NCBI GenBank assembly: GCA_000708835.1
Contig: DF237519.1
Span: forward strand, 1-58,088
DNA: 58,088 nucleotides
Direction: 5' to 3'
Source: Klebsormidium nitens
Lineage: Eukaryota; Plantae; Klebsormidiophyceae
How positions within the stretch are numbered: position 1 is the stretch's first letter; each line of letters opens with the position of its first letter. This document shows positions 46,559 to 58,088 of the stretch, piece after piece. The notes under the pieces were generated by a model. It ran no database searches and was not told where the DNA came from. It saw nothing but the letters and a program-made list of their open reading frames with translations. A program made the translations under genes and the position numbers.

Positions 46559-49500
46559 ACGGAGGTTACGAGACAGATATCGATGCACGCAAAAGATAGT
46601 CCTTCCGCGCTCAGAGTACCCCAGTCCCACCCCGGGCGTCACGGAGGCGGGCTCTATAAAAGGCTCGGGCAGCGCAGACTTTCGCATTGAGAAAAACACT
46701 GCTATCCGTGCAAATTTATCAAGTCGAAGTCGACCTCAATTAGACCATCATCAACCATGCGGCGTCAGCGACAAGAGTGGCCGTGGTGAGCATCGTTACG
46801 TCAGCTCATCGCAGCAAACGTCATCAGAGCCGCAGCACTAACGGACGCTTTAAGTGGAAGCAACTAACGCCGTTATGAACTCGCAAAAGAAAAAACCCCT
46901 TGACCAAGGCATGAAAGACAGCAGTTTTTTCAATCTCCAGAAAGAAACGCTGGCGGCAAAAGTATCCCAGTCTTGTGGAGTCCCATTGAGATGACGTCCC
47001 TCAGACTTCCAGCCTTCTTTCAGTCCCGCCTGGCAGAAACTAACTCTTGGGTGCGTGCTAATGGTTTCTGTAAGGCGTGCCGTTGGTTTCGCTAACAGAA
47101 GGACGTTCATCTCGACAGACCGACTTATTTGCGGCACAACAAGCGGCTGCCCGCTTCGCTATGATAAGAGGGTTACTGAGAGGGAAACAAAAAACAAATG
47201 CACCGTAGAATATCTCTTGCTGGAAAATGGAGTCTTCTCAATCCGCACTGCAGGCTGAACCTAAAGAGCACGGGTAGGTTCCGTTCCTTGAAACAGCAGG
47301 CACTAAGAGCATACGGAAACGTTGGCTCGACGTACTTTCCGGTTTCTCGACAGCTAGACGGACTTCTTCAGCGCTTCAGACGGGATGGATCCATCGTGTG
47401 ATCGTCTTGACGAGATACTTCCAGCGGCACAATCAGATTTACGCGGTCCGAAAAGTAGATCCTCTCAAAAGCAGACAATCTCTACTTCTTGCTCCGCTCA
47501 GAAAGAACCTCGAACCATCGGATCTAGAACGTCACGGTTCCCATGCGTTGTCAGCCGGGCCAGCGGGCCTAACCAAAGGCACGAAGAAGCAGCCCGCAAA
47601 TTGTTTCTACCAACTTGAAATCATAATTTTGACCTCCGTTGTCACACAAGGGGGCTCTCTGGGGGCGCATGCACCGCTTGGAGACATGCCCATTGGCGTA
47701 CTGCTAGCCCACTACATCATAGCCATCCTAGGATTGCCCGGCCGTGCTGTTGTCGAAAGACCCGGTAGGGGAAGACGGGAGCCTCCGCCAATATCATCTG
47801 TCCAAGCAGCCGGCAAGAGAAGGAAAGAGAAGGAAACGATGAGGCATAACTAGGAGCATACACTGCAGAGCCCATTCTCGATTCTCGGACTACCCGAACG
47901 CAGCTGAGATCGGTGTCTAAAGGTGCATGGGTGTCCAACTTGTAAGAAGCTGATAATAAAATTGGTAATCCGTAGAGACGAGGAGAGTTACTTGACCAGA
48001 AAAGCTCGTCTTAATTGTGTAGCTGTCATGGTCTCAGACCTGAGCTCGTAGCTCAGGGGTCTCGAGCTTCTCAATCATTGCTAAACAGAGTCGTTGTTTC
48101 CAAAAAGAGCAGTAAACAAAGTAGGAGTTGGCACAAACCTTGACGGAAAGAGCGTAGAAGGGAGAACTTGACGAAAGCAGCATGGGAAGCTGAGCTTTTA
48201 GAGTAGGGAGTAGATTGAAGGCTCAGCCGAACGTGCGGCAAAGATATGAACCTTTAGCATACACCAAGAGGAGAAGAGGTTTAATTGCATCTAATGCATC
48301 TAAGAATATTGAACTGTCATTTACAACGCGCTTGCCACGAGCAAAGGATTCATGCTGTATAGCACGAGATAGATGCTGACGCCAATATTAGCTGGATGAC
48401 TCTGAGTCATGAGCACTGGCAGATAAGCAAACATAGCCGGACGTCAAGCAAAGGACTCTGTTACTGGAACGTAGAGTCTCGACGCCACCTCCTCAAACGT
48501 CATCCTTGATTATCTGTACATGCACACGCCATCAGGAGCGCTGAGGTCCTATGGATTGAAGATTCTGACCTGAGCACGTTAGCGGCCTCTGAGAGGACCA
48601 TGAAGAGTCTAGGTGGATCGTGTAGACCAAACCCACCTCCTGCAATCGTCACAGCCACCAGTGTGAGCGGGAAATTAGGAGAACTTAGCGAACACAGCCA
48701 GCTTATGATGGAATTGAAAGGAAAGAATTTATTTCTTGAGTACCTGGTCGTGTAGATTTTATCATCACGGAACGATGCGCCGACCAAGGGGTTTATGAAC
48801 GGAATGCTGATTCCTCTGGGCGCTGTGTGGGCAACCCAAGGGATGGACACACCCTAACACTCACTGCTCACTGCCAGCATCTGTTAACACTTTAGAGTCG
48901 CAGTAAAACCTGGTTGAAAGCATTCTGAGCGTAATTCCATGCCGTGTAGTGATTCTTTGGGCCCCTTGGCAGAGCTCAGGCGCAAGCCCACGACACCCAG
49001 ATCTGGCGACTACAGTAATGCCACGTATGAGAGAGGCGGGCAGGATGACCAGGTAAGAAGCTGTGAAAATAGACCTTTTTGTCTCAAAACGTCCTTTGAC
49101 AAACCTCATAGACCGGACCCTTCATGGATCCAGAGCAGAGACCGACGATGATCGGAAAAACCTACGGGCCTCTATGAGGGAGCGGTTGGCTGCAAGACGT
49201 TCGACCTGGCTTCCGCTCAGATCTGCATCTCCGTGATTGACGGATATTCGGGAATGCGGAACATTTAGATGCAATCAGTCGATCAGTGCAAAAAGCCTCA
49301 AAGATACAAAGACTTCTGAAGTCTGCAGGTCACAACCATTTTCTTTGAATGCGTAAACGGGTCAAGAAAATGAGCAGAGTCCCCAAAGCCTAAGCCAAAG
49401 CCGAAACAGAGTTAGAAACTTGCGGTCGCAAAGCGGCTCATCTGCGACCATTATCCTTGTCAACATTCTGACAGGCCAAGTGTCTGTCATAGCCGGTCCT

Positions 49501-49761
49501 CATGCAGCAGCACTTCGTGTTGGGATGACAGAACACTTCTCAGAACGATCGTGAGAGGGTTGAATGCCACGAAGCGGTTTTGTACCGAACCTAACCCAAA
49601 AACCTGACACCTCGAGCAAGCTAACATGAAAGGGTTTGAAACCAGGCTAGCTTGCGGCAGAAACAGGAGTTTCACAGCCATGCCCAAGCGAGAGATAGAA
49701 CTGTGAAGGATTCAAGGGACGAGAACATGTGGCGAAACACGAGCCACTTTGACGTTGAGAC

Positions 49762-49918
49762 CATTGAGTTGGGGTCCAATAGGAGAGCGCCCACGACGAT
49801 AGCTGTCAGCAGGAGACTGGACGAGACGCCGGAGATGGCGATGCCGGTGAGGCGGGAGAAGCCGCGGACCCAGATGGACGGGAGGACGGCGGCCAGGCTG
49901 CCGAGAATCACGGAGTGC
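49762..49918 (-). pseudogene. Isolated exon of an AVT1-like amino-acid transporter (TM4-5 region)
   Basis: Acceptor ctctccttgaag| is followed by GC-rich codons for HSVILGSLAAVLPSIWVRGFSRLTGIAISGVSSSLLLTAIVVGALLLDPNSM, which resembles the Aa_trans LP..WLR.LS.L motif. I could not find flanking exons, and the 3' boundary is approximate. Confidence 0.55.
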
Positions 49919-51796
49919 CTTCAAGGAGAGACTGACACGATTCCTCTAGAGATCTCAGAACCAGACTACCGGACAAGATGAGGAAAGCTTTGGAATCCAA
50001 CCTCGAGAGCACAAGACTTCGTGAGAACTTTCTCCCTTGTCGTTTTGCAGTTATAAAAGCCTGGTGTCTTCTCGGCCGACGTCAGGACCAGGGTAGCCGC
50101 GATGCGTCTCGAACGGAGGCATCCAAGGGCTTTTCACGGTCCAGCCTTCCGAAAGTGACCCCATCCATGGGTCCTCAAGTCAAGGTTGATGAGACAAGCT
50201 TGGTGCGCTCTTTTGGTCAGACAAATATGGCAAAGAGTAACACAATTCCTTAGTGGCAAGCAAAGCAGGGGCAGGGTACGAGCAACTTCGTGGCAGTTCC
50301 ACAAAGGTACATGCCAATCTTCTCGGGACGAAATTCAGATCATCAGAAATTCAAGAGCCAAAACAAATATAAGGGAGGCGCAATACCGAGGTGATTGATG
50401 ACTGTAAAAGTGGCTTCGGGGACGGGAAACTTTGAGGCGGTCAATGAGCAAGAAGCTCTTGGTGTCGGCTCACTCACGGCCAATGTCCACAGGAGCTTGA
50501 CAAAGTGCGCAAGGAAGATAATCAAAGGCACGCAAGATGATATCCGGCGGAAAGTATGAGAAGCGAAGAATCATTGATGTGCAACAGTTCACAGAAACAG
50601 AGATGTGTCAGCCAACTGCGTGCAACGAGCTCGAAGATTGATCACCAGACCGGATAATGTCGGCGTCCGCGGGTCACCCGGTTCCTGTGAGCAATCGATC
50701 GCTCAATAGCTCCTATCTTCATAGCCTCTCTTAAAGCTTCTACCAAAAATGGACTTTTACATGGCCGTTTCAAAGCCGTCTTGCGCGCCCTGAGGAACTA
50801 ACTACGATACCTCGGATCAGTCGCACAGCCCAAGAGAATAGACAACTACAAAAGCAAACGCTGATCCAAGTTTTGTGGCTAGGCCCCGCGAAGCTGATGC
50901 AAAATAATAAATGTACGCCGCTTTGTAACATACACAAATCAGGAATATCCTCGCTGCAGCTCATTGGCTCATCCCCCAACGTCCAACAACTTCGACAAAG
51001 TCGATGGGGACGCCTTCCACATCGTTCAAAAGGATTGTGCGACCCTCAACCATGACGTCGGGGAGTAACGGCTCGCATTACACCAACTGAGCAAACAAGC
51101 TCATGCATAGCGCCTATCATGACAAAAGTGCGAGATACTACGCGAGTCCGGAAACCAAGAATTTGTAAGAGGCTTACATGCGCAAGCAGACGTTCGACAC
51201 AAATCGTACGAGACGCACTTCCTTCTGTCGTAAACGCAATTAGTGTTCGGGGCGTGCGAGTACAACTGATTGCAAGGCGAGTCCGTCTTAACGTCTGTGG
51301 AAACGCAGATGCCCCCGAAGCTAGCGCATGTCCAATTTTTCAAAGCCGACGCGATCGAGAAGCCAGTAAAGAAGCCGCACTGCGCAAAAGAAGGCGCTCG
51401 ACTGTACCTCTTTGAGTTGTACCGTATGCTTCCTTTCATGACGGAAGACAAGGTCAGACTAGCTGGTGACAGGAACAGTACGAGGGAAGAACTTATGCCA
51501 CCGCTTCAAAGTGGGGCAAGAGTCCCCAATGGGAGCGGCTCAGAGCGGCTAGAGAGGGGTGAGCTGATAATCCCAGCCTGCAAGTTTTCATAGCCACTGG
51601 TAGCGGGGAATGGTGCGTTTGGCAGGACCAGAAAGAGCAGACTCGTGTCATCGGCACGGGCACGTGTCCGTAATACAGAAAGAGACTGCGAAAAAGCTGG
51701 ACAAGGGTTTTGAGCATCGGAACGGGACGCTGTCATTCTTTTGCAAAACATTGCCCCATGGTTCCGGGCGGGCAACGTCTTTGTTCACAGGGACAG

Positions 51797-52781
51797 TGTT
51801 AGAAGTATTTGCGCACTGCCACTCGGGTCACACTGGCGCCAGTGTAGCCCGAGTGGCNNNNNNNNNNNNNNNNNNNNNNNNNNNNNNNNNNNNNNNNNNN
51901 NNNNNNNNNNNNNNNNNNNNNNNNNNNNNNNNNNNNNNNNNNNNNNNNNNNNNNNNNNNNNNNNNNNNNNNNNNNNNNNNNNNNNNNNNNNNNNNNNNNN
52001 NNNNNNNNNNNNNNNNNNNNNNNNNNNNNNNNNNNNNNNNNNNNNNNNNNNNNNNNNNNNNNNNNNNNNNNNNNNNNNNNNNNNNNNNNNNNNNNNNNNN
52101 NNNNNNNNNNNNNNNNNNNNNNNNNNNNNNNNNNNNNNNNNNNNNNNNNNNNNNNNNNNNNNNNNNNNNNNNNNNNNNNNNNNNNNNNNNNNNNNNNNNN
52201 NNNNNNNNNNNNNNNNNNNNNNNNNNNNNNNNNNNNNNNNNNNNNNNNNNNNNNNNNNNNNNNNNNNNNNNNNNNNNNNNNNNNNNNNNNNNNNNNNNNN
52301 NNNNNNNNNNNNNNNNNNNNNNNNNNNNNNNNNNNNNNNNNNNNNNNNNNNNNNNNNNNNNNNNNNNNNNNNNNNNNNNNNNNNNNNNNNNNNNNNNNNN
52401 NNNNNNNNNNNNNNNNNNNNNNNNNNNNNNNNNNNNNNNNNNNNNNNNNNNNNNNNNNNNNNNNNNNNNNNNNNNNNNNNNNNNNNNNNNNNNNNNNNNN
52501 NNNNNNNNNNNNNNNNNNNNNNNNNNNNNNNNNNNNNNNNNNNNNNNNNNNNNNNNNNNNNNNNNNNNNNNNNNNNNNNNNNNNNNNNNNNNNNNNNNNN
52601 NNNNNNNNNNNNNNNNNNNNNNNNNNNNNNNNNNNNNNNNNNNNNNNNNNNNNNNNNNNNNNNNNNNNNNNNNNNNNNNNNNNNNNNNNNNNNNNNNNNN
52701 NNNNNNNNNNNNNNNNNNNNNNNNNNNNNGCCACACTGGCGCAAGTGTGGCCCGAGTGGCAATGCGCAAATACTTCTAACA
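51797..52781. mobile_element. Insertion bounded by palindrome copies 3 and 4 with a 5-bp TSD (GACAG); interior unsequenced
   Basis: GACAG (51792-51796) | TGTTAGAAGTATTTGCG...N872...TGCGCAAATACTTCTAACA | GACAG (52782-52786). The two partial copies differ at three positions where they overlap, so they are distinct copies. Confidence 0.85.
51858..52729. other. Assembly gap (872 N)
   Basis: Run of N. All ORFs crossing it are artefacts. Confidence 1.
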
Positions 52782-54827
52782 GACAGTTGGAAAAAGCTGT
52801 CCGACGCCTTGGTTGAGGGGTCGGACGTATGATCGTTCAACCAGCCAGTCATTCAAAGCCTTCTGACGAAAAGTTCGGAAAAATGAGAGGTTAGCTACCC
52901 AAAATCGGCTTTTCGGCTTCGTTGGATGGAGGGCTTCGCTTCTCTTTGTGTGCGTAGAACGCACTGGCAACTTTTAACAAGACGCTGCCCTCTTTCTGGT
53001 TTATGAAGAAGAGGAGTGTATCACAAACCAAAGGAGCCATCCTGATTCACGAAACCGATACGAAACGAGCCATCTTCACTGTTTATTTTCTTTCTTCCAA
53101 GACGTAGCTTCAGGGCGACCTGTTCGAAAACCATGTGAGCTTCAAATGCTCAGGTGCTCTCTATCATAGCCAGGTATACACAACTTCTAAGCAACTTCGC
53201 TTCTGAGACCGTCATAAAGGTCCAGCCGCATCAGGTCAGCCCTGCCCAGACCGTGAGCTCGACATCACGACCAGGATATGTGCACTCAAACGAGGCCAAG
53301 CATGCCAAGCATGAAGCCTACCTAGCTGAGAGCCGTCAAGGTCCTTGCTCGGTTGTGAGCTTTTGAACCTGATCAATCAGGGTTCTGATCGGACAAACGT
53401 ATGCGGCATCTGAGACAAGCCAAACCACGCAAAGAACTGAGCACCAAGGCTCGCGCCCAAGTTCGTCACAGGCGCACACAAGTCCGGCCAGGCGGTGTCC
53501 GCGCAACCCGATAGCGGTGTGAGCAATAACATGGACACATATCACCGCAACCGTACCATTCAGTATTCTTGAAAAGCCTCCCCTGGCTAGCTTGACCAGA
53601 CTGCTCAAGGACTAGAATCAAGTAACCTTCTACCTAACCTGTTCAAGAAGTTTCGTACAACGACCATTGACTTCCACTGCTGTCAGCGGTTCTGAGAGCT
53701 TCAAGGAACACGGGCGAAGCAGCTGGGCGAAATTCTAATGCACATCAACAAGAGACCAGAACATTGCCTTACAAGCGGCTCAGAAGACAGTGACAGTTCA
53801 CCGTGTGAGCTCCTCAAGCTCACCGGACTTATCACAGCCATTATAATTGAATCGCTCTCACAGGTCTACTCTTGAGAGGTTGATGGAGTTTCAGTCCGAA
53901 ATGCTCTCACGTCGAGCGAGGCAGGAAACGTTTTCACCAAAGAAATGAATTGGATTTGGAGACTACTTAGATTAGGCTGCGAGACACATGACGTTGGGTC
54001 GGAAACAAAAAGGTGGCTCCCGGATGCCATCATAAGCTAAGGCAAGTGCAAAACACTGATGATTACATGACACGCCACATGAAAAATTCTGAAGCTCTTC
54101 TGATGGGCAAGAAAATCAGAAATCACAAGCTGCCACAAGGTCCCTTCCGCCCAGAACTCGAAGTACGTGGCAGAATCGTGAAGTCTGATATCTACCGAGA
54201 AACGCCAGTAGTTTTGATTCGTCGTAGCCACCACTCGAGTGATCCGGGAGGTGCGAGTAAGCAGATGAAAGATGATGCCCTGCTAGTTCCTGAAGCGAAA
54301 TCTTGTCACAAGGAAGCGTAACGTCAAGGCGAACACACCTGAGCAATCAGATTCCACATTCTCAAGAGCTTGCAAATGGCACACTCCAGGCTGCAGCGAC
54401 GTATAACTTGAGCAGACCCTTGAAAGGTACACCAACTGGTACTCCCACCCAAGCCAGCAGAATACTCCATATCTATGCTGGATCGAGGCAGATCGGACAC
54501 TTTCCTTTCCAGAGGCACTATAAGTGCTACCTCAACTTGAAAGCAGTTTGAAGAAGCGGTCAAGCAAAAGCTGGCAGACTCCTCGGTCTCAGAAGTCGGG
54601 CGTGACACGGAAACTAGCTCGAATGATAGGGTGACAAGCACCTGCTTCGGCAGATCAAGAATGGCATACACACTTGCATGCATGATGAAAAGTGCCCAAT
54701 GACAGAAAGAACATTCGATCGAACATTCGTGAAAGTTGTGATGCTGTTTAGACCATCTCTTTGAATGGTTGGGTCCGCCCAACTGAGTGTTCCCAATAGA
54801 CTGTCAAATGACGAATCGCGACTGGAA

Positions 54828-57194
54828 TCAAGACGGTGGGAGATATCCAGGCGCTTTTGTCCTTCTTAACTTCTCAACGTCTATGACTCCGATGAACACC
54901 GCACAAGCTGCCCCTACGCACACCAGCGCAGCTACTAGAGTCCGTTGCCGCAAACCCATCTCGTTCCGGTGCAACCTGCAGAGACAAGAAGAACGACCTA
55001 GAGCTTGTCGTTTATCTGGATACTAAACATCAACCGAGCGGAGTCACGCAGTCAACTGGAGAACCATCGAAAGACGACACTGCTCCGAACGGGGTCAAAT
55101 GCAGATAAGGGCTGTCGCCTGAATTGTAAGACGAGTTATGGAGCCCATGACATAGCCTGAAGTTTGATCCAGGTGATTAGACCCTGTCCGGATTGCAAGC
55201 GAAGTAAGCAGATCTGCAAGGAAGCCAAGATTGACGCATACTGAGGTAGGCTTGTGACCGTGCACGACTCATGCATATTTCTAGAATGCCCAGAAGCAGG
55301 CGTTCTTGGCCCGAAATGACCAGCAACTCAGCCTTATCTTAGGTATACCAGAACGACTGCGCTCGTTGCCGCAGCTTGCGCTATTGAAGTTGCAGGGAAC
55401 AGGGCAACACACATCCCTTGCACTAGGAAATGACGGGAAACAGAAAGGTGTCTACTCTTGGTACTAAAGTACAGCTGGCAGGGACTCTTTGCAAAACTTG
55501 ACCAGGAGAGACTTCATAAAGACCGGACTAGTATCACGTGTTATCGAGGAGCTTGGCAGCAGCAGTGAGAAGCAGAGATTCCAAATTCCCGACCCTGCCA
55601 AGTCTGACGAGAAGCGGACACGTGGCATCCACAAGGATTACATGACCCCTGGCAGCATTGGGGCAGAGCCCCGTGCTTGCGAGCTTCTGCCGGATCAGTG
55701 ATTTTTCAAGAGCGGCCACGTGGCACTCACGTAGTACCTAGAAAGACCTGCACTAGCAGCAAGGAAGATCCCCACGCTTGCAGCTGTTCCTCAATCTCAG
55801 ACAATCAAGTTGCAAAAGCTGACACGTGGCACTCACACGTAGTAGAAGACCCCTGGCAGCAGCAGGGAGGAGCACATGCTGGCGACGCCGCCGACGAGCG
55901 ACTCCACGTAGCCCAGCACGTCGTACGCCACCACGGACACCGCGTACGCCACGCCCAGGACCGGCGTCCGCAAACACCGCTCCACGATAGCTGCAAAAGC
56001 GGATCGAATGTCCATTTTATGAGGAAGGCACTATACTGAGCGCTTCTTCTTAGACTGGTTGGTTTGAAGTAGCCAAAAGCAGGGAAACCCATACGCTACC
56101 GCCAAATCAGCGTCCGCAAACTCCGCTCCACCACAGCTGCCACAGCGGACGGAACTTCTTCATCAGAGGAGGGCATATTCTGAGGGCTTGTTAGACGGGT
56201 TGGTCTGAAGTAGCAAGAAACATGGATCGCGTCTGCCACGCCCAGGACCAGCGTCCGCAAACACCGCTTCACCACAGTTGCGAAATATACAAAGGCGCCA
56301 CCTCCTCCCAAAGTGGTTTTGACATCCTCGGTTGTCGCGGGGGGAGTCCATGAGGCTGATAATCAATGACGTCGTGTCTCACCAGGAAAACATGGAGAAG
56401 ACAGAATTCGCCCAAAATCACCCGACTCGAGCGCTTTCGCTGGCATGTACGCCACGTCAGCGGTGAGCTCCTCGAAACGAAAATGAGCGATGAGAGCGTC
56501 AGGGCGTCAATGGTTCGCTCTGAAGTCGACTGAAGCGGACTGCAACAGTCTCACGCGGATTAACATATTGCAGTCTGATCGCGGGTCCGAGCTTCGATGT
56601 TTCTTGAGCCGCCAAATGCCGAACCTTTTCCGAACTGGAAGGGTCTCCAGGATGCCGCGAGAGACAAAAACAAAAGCGCTCCAGAAGACAAATATTGGAG
56701 GAAGCAGGCAAGCAAAGACAATGGAACGACGTACGATAAGAAACAACAGTCGACCGTACCTGACGCCCCCGCCTTTGTGGTCCCATGCGCCGTATTGATA
56801 TTGAATTTCCTCGAAAGCAAACACGAGGGGCAAACTCCTCAAGCAGGCGTGAAAACTTGTACAAAATGATGCAAACCCTCTTGAGTAGCATTGTAGAAAC
56901 ACCTCTAGGTAGAAACAAACGTTTGGAAGGTCTTTACCTGATGCGCGCGCTTTCGTGGTCCCTTGCGCCATGTCGATAATGAGCTCCGCGAGCACAAATA
57001 CGAGCGGCGAGATGGTGGAGAAGGAGCTCAGCGCAACTAGAGCGGAGAGCAGCTGCGAGAGGCTGATCTCGAACGCGCCCAACTTGAGGAGCTTCCATCC
57101 GGCGACGGAGGAAGAAGTGGCCAGGTTGTGGGTGACGAGAACGGAGCAGCTCTCGCCGTAGTACTGGTAAGCGGCGGCGCCCATCAGAGCATAC
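54828..57194 (-). CDS. 3' part of an AVT1-like (Aa_trans family) amino-acid transporter; 5' exons lie beyond the window
   Basis: complement(join(54828..54975,55837..55990,56938..57194)) with consistent phases: YALMGAAAYQYYGESCSVLVTHNL...SFSTISPLVFVLAELI / AIVERCLRTPVLGVAYAVSVVAYDVLGYVESLVGGVASMCSSLLLPGVFYY / VLHRNEMGLRQRTLVAALVCVGAACAVFIGVIDV...PPS*. The 5'-most exon has AC rather than AG at the expected acceptor. Confidence 0.8.
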
Positions 57195-58088
57195 GTGCCA
57201 GAAAGGGTAAGACGCTGCTCAGAGAACATTTTCTGAAGTTCAGATTCAAGTGTGATATCATGCGACTGTGTTCAACATCTGGAAAGGTTTCAAGACCGCT
57301 CCGGATTGAGTCGCCAGATTGTGGGTGTCGAGGACGGAGCAGTTCTCGCCAAAACATTGGTAAGCAGCAGCACCCATCAGAGTGTATTTGCGAGAAAGGA
57401 CAAGATTCTGTTGCAGGCTATTTCTTGCTTCCGGGGTTCACATGAGCCTGCCAAGATAGAGGTTTATTTTTAACCCTTTATACGCTCCATAGGGCGATAG
57501 TAAAATACTGCCAGGTGGTAGTTAGTCGAGAACGGAGCAGCTGTCGCCAAAGTACTGGTAGGCAGCGTCACCCATCAGAGCGTATCTGCAAGGAAAAGCG
57601 ATGTTCTGCGTATTAAAACCTTGCTTGCATTTTGAACCTTGCCGATGTGTCAAAATACGATTGTTAAAAGCAAGGGTTTGGGTTCAAGGTTTTTCTTCCA
57701 CGCCCGATGTTTCAATAGTTGCCGATGTTTCAATAGTTGCCAGACAATCAGTGACGTCATCGGAGCGGCACTTGCTAGAGTACTGTCATGCGGCAGCTGG
57801 CATCCGAGCGTACCGTCAACAAATCAAAATTCTATCTTGACTTCTGAATAAAGTTCAGGAACCTGAAGCTAGAGCCTGAGCTTTAAGAAGCTTCAAGCTG
57901 GCGACGGAGGCTGACGTAGCAGAGTAGTTCGCGGCAGAATATAAAGGCACTTTGCCGGAGCTCAACCAAACCATGTATGCGGGACGTGCAGAGGAGTGGC
58001 CTTGGTTTCAAAGTTCGTATCGTTCTACCAAGTGCCAAGACGACTCTCATATCTCGCTGAAAGGGCCTCAACGGAGCTCAGAATGGAT

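Noticed and set aside
42877-52781. Palindrome copies as a CRISPR array or miRNA gene
   Set aside because: The context is eukaryotic, with no regular repeat-spacer structure or cas genes. The hairpin has no loop and is tied to LTR ends, although it could still yield siRNAs.
51610-52852. ORFs of 311-389 aa spanning the N run
   Set aside because: Artefacts of translating N; the real residues are only palindrome translations.
1-58088. tRNA, rRNA or prokaryote-type systems
   Set aside because: I recognised no cloverleaf with A/B boxes, rRNA motif, operon or CRISPR structure by eye.

Overview
Eukaryotic, intron-rich genomic DNA. The plant-type gene set, GC-rich exons, 0.1-1 kb introns and an SF-assemblin gene point to a streptophyte green alga, probably Klebsormidium (inference, not verified). 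I reconstructed seven complete spliced genes by hand with matching intron phases: reticulon RTNLB22/23-like (+), CID7-like PAM2/CUE-like/DUF1771/Smr protein (-), ARP6 (+), ABC1K/ADCK5-like kinase (+), ribosomal protein eL43/RPL37a (-), SF-assemblin (+) and an orphan Asp-Ala-Pro repeat protein (-). The window also holds the 3' part of an AVT1-like amino-acid transporter (-), a stray transporter exon, a Ty1/Copia element lacking RT/RNase H and an 872-N gap. Three observations stand out. (1) An 82-bp near-perfect palindrome, TGTTAGAA...TTCTAACA, occurs four times; its ends mimic the Copia LTR ends. One copy is joined CA|TG to the 5' LTR, one cuts gag-pol just before RT and supplies its stop codon, and two bracket the gap with a 5-bp GACAG target-site duplication. 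This is a candidate integrase-mobilised mini-element. (2) eL43 has three of its four zinc-ribbon Cys replaced by Ser. (3) Introns of five genes carry decayed tandem 'echo' copies of neighbouring exon/intron junctions, always on the intronic side. No rRNA, tRNA or CRISPR array was recognised. All homology calls are from memory of family motifs; no searches were run.
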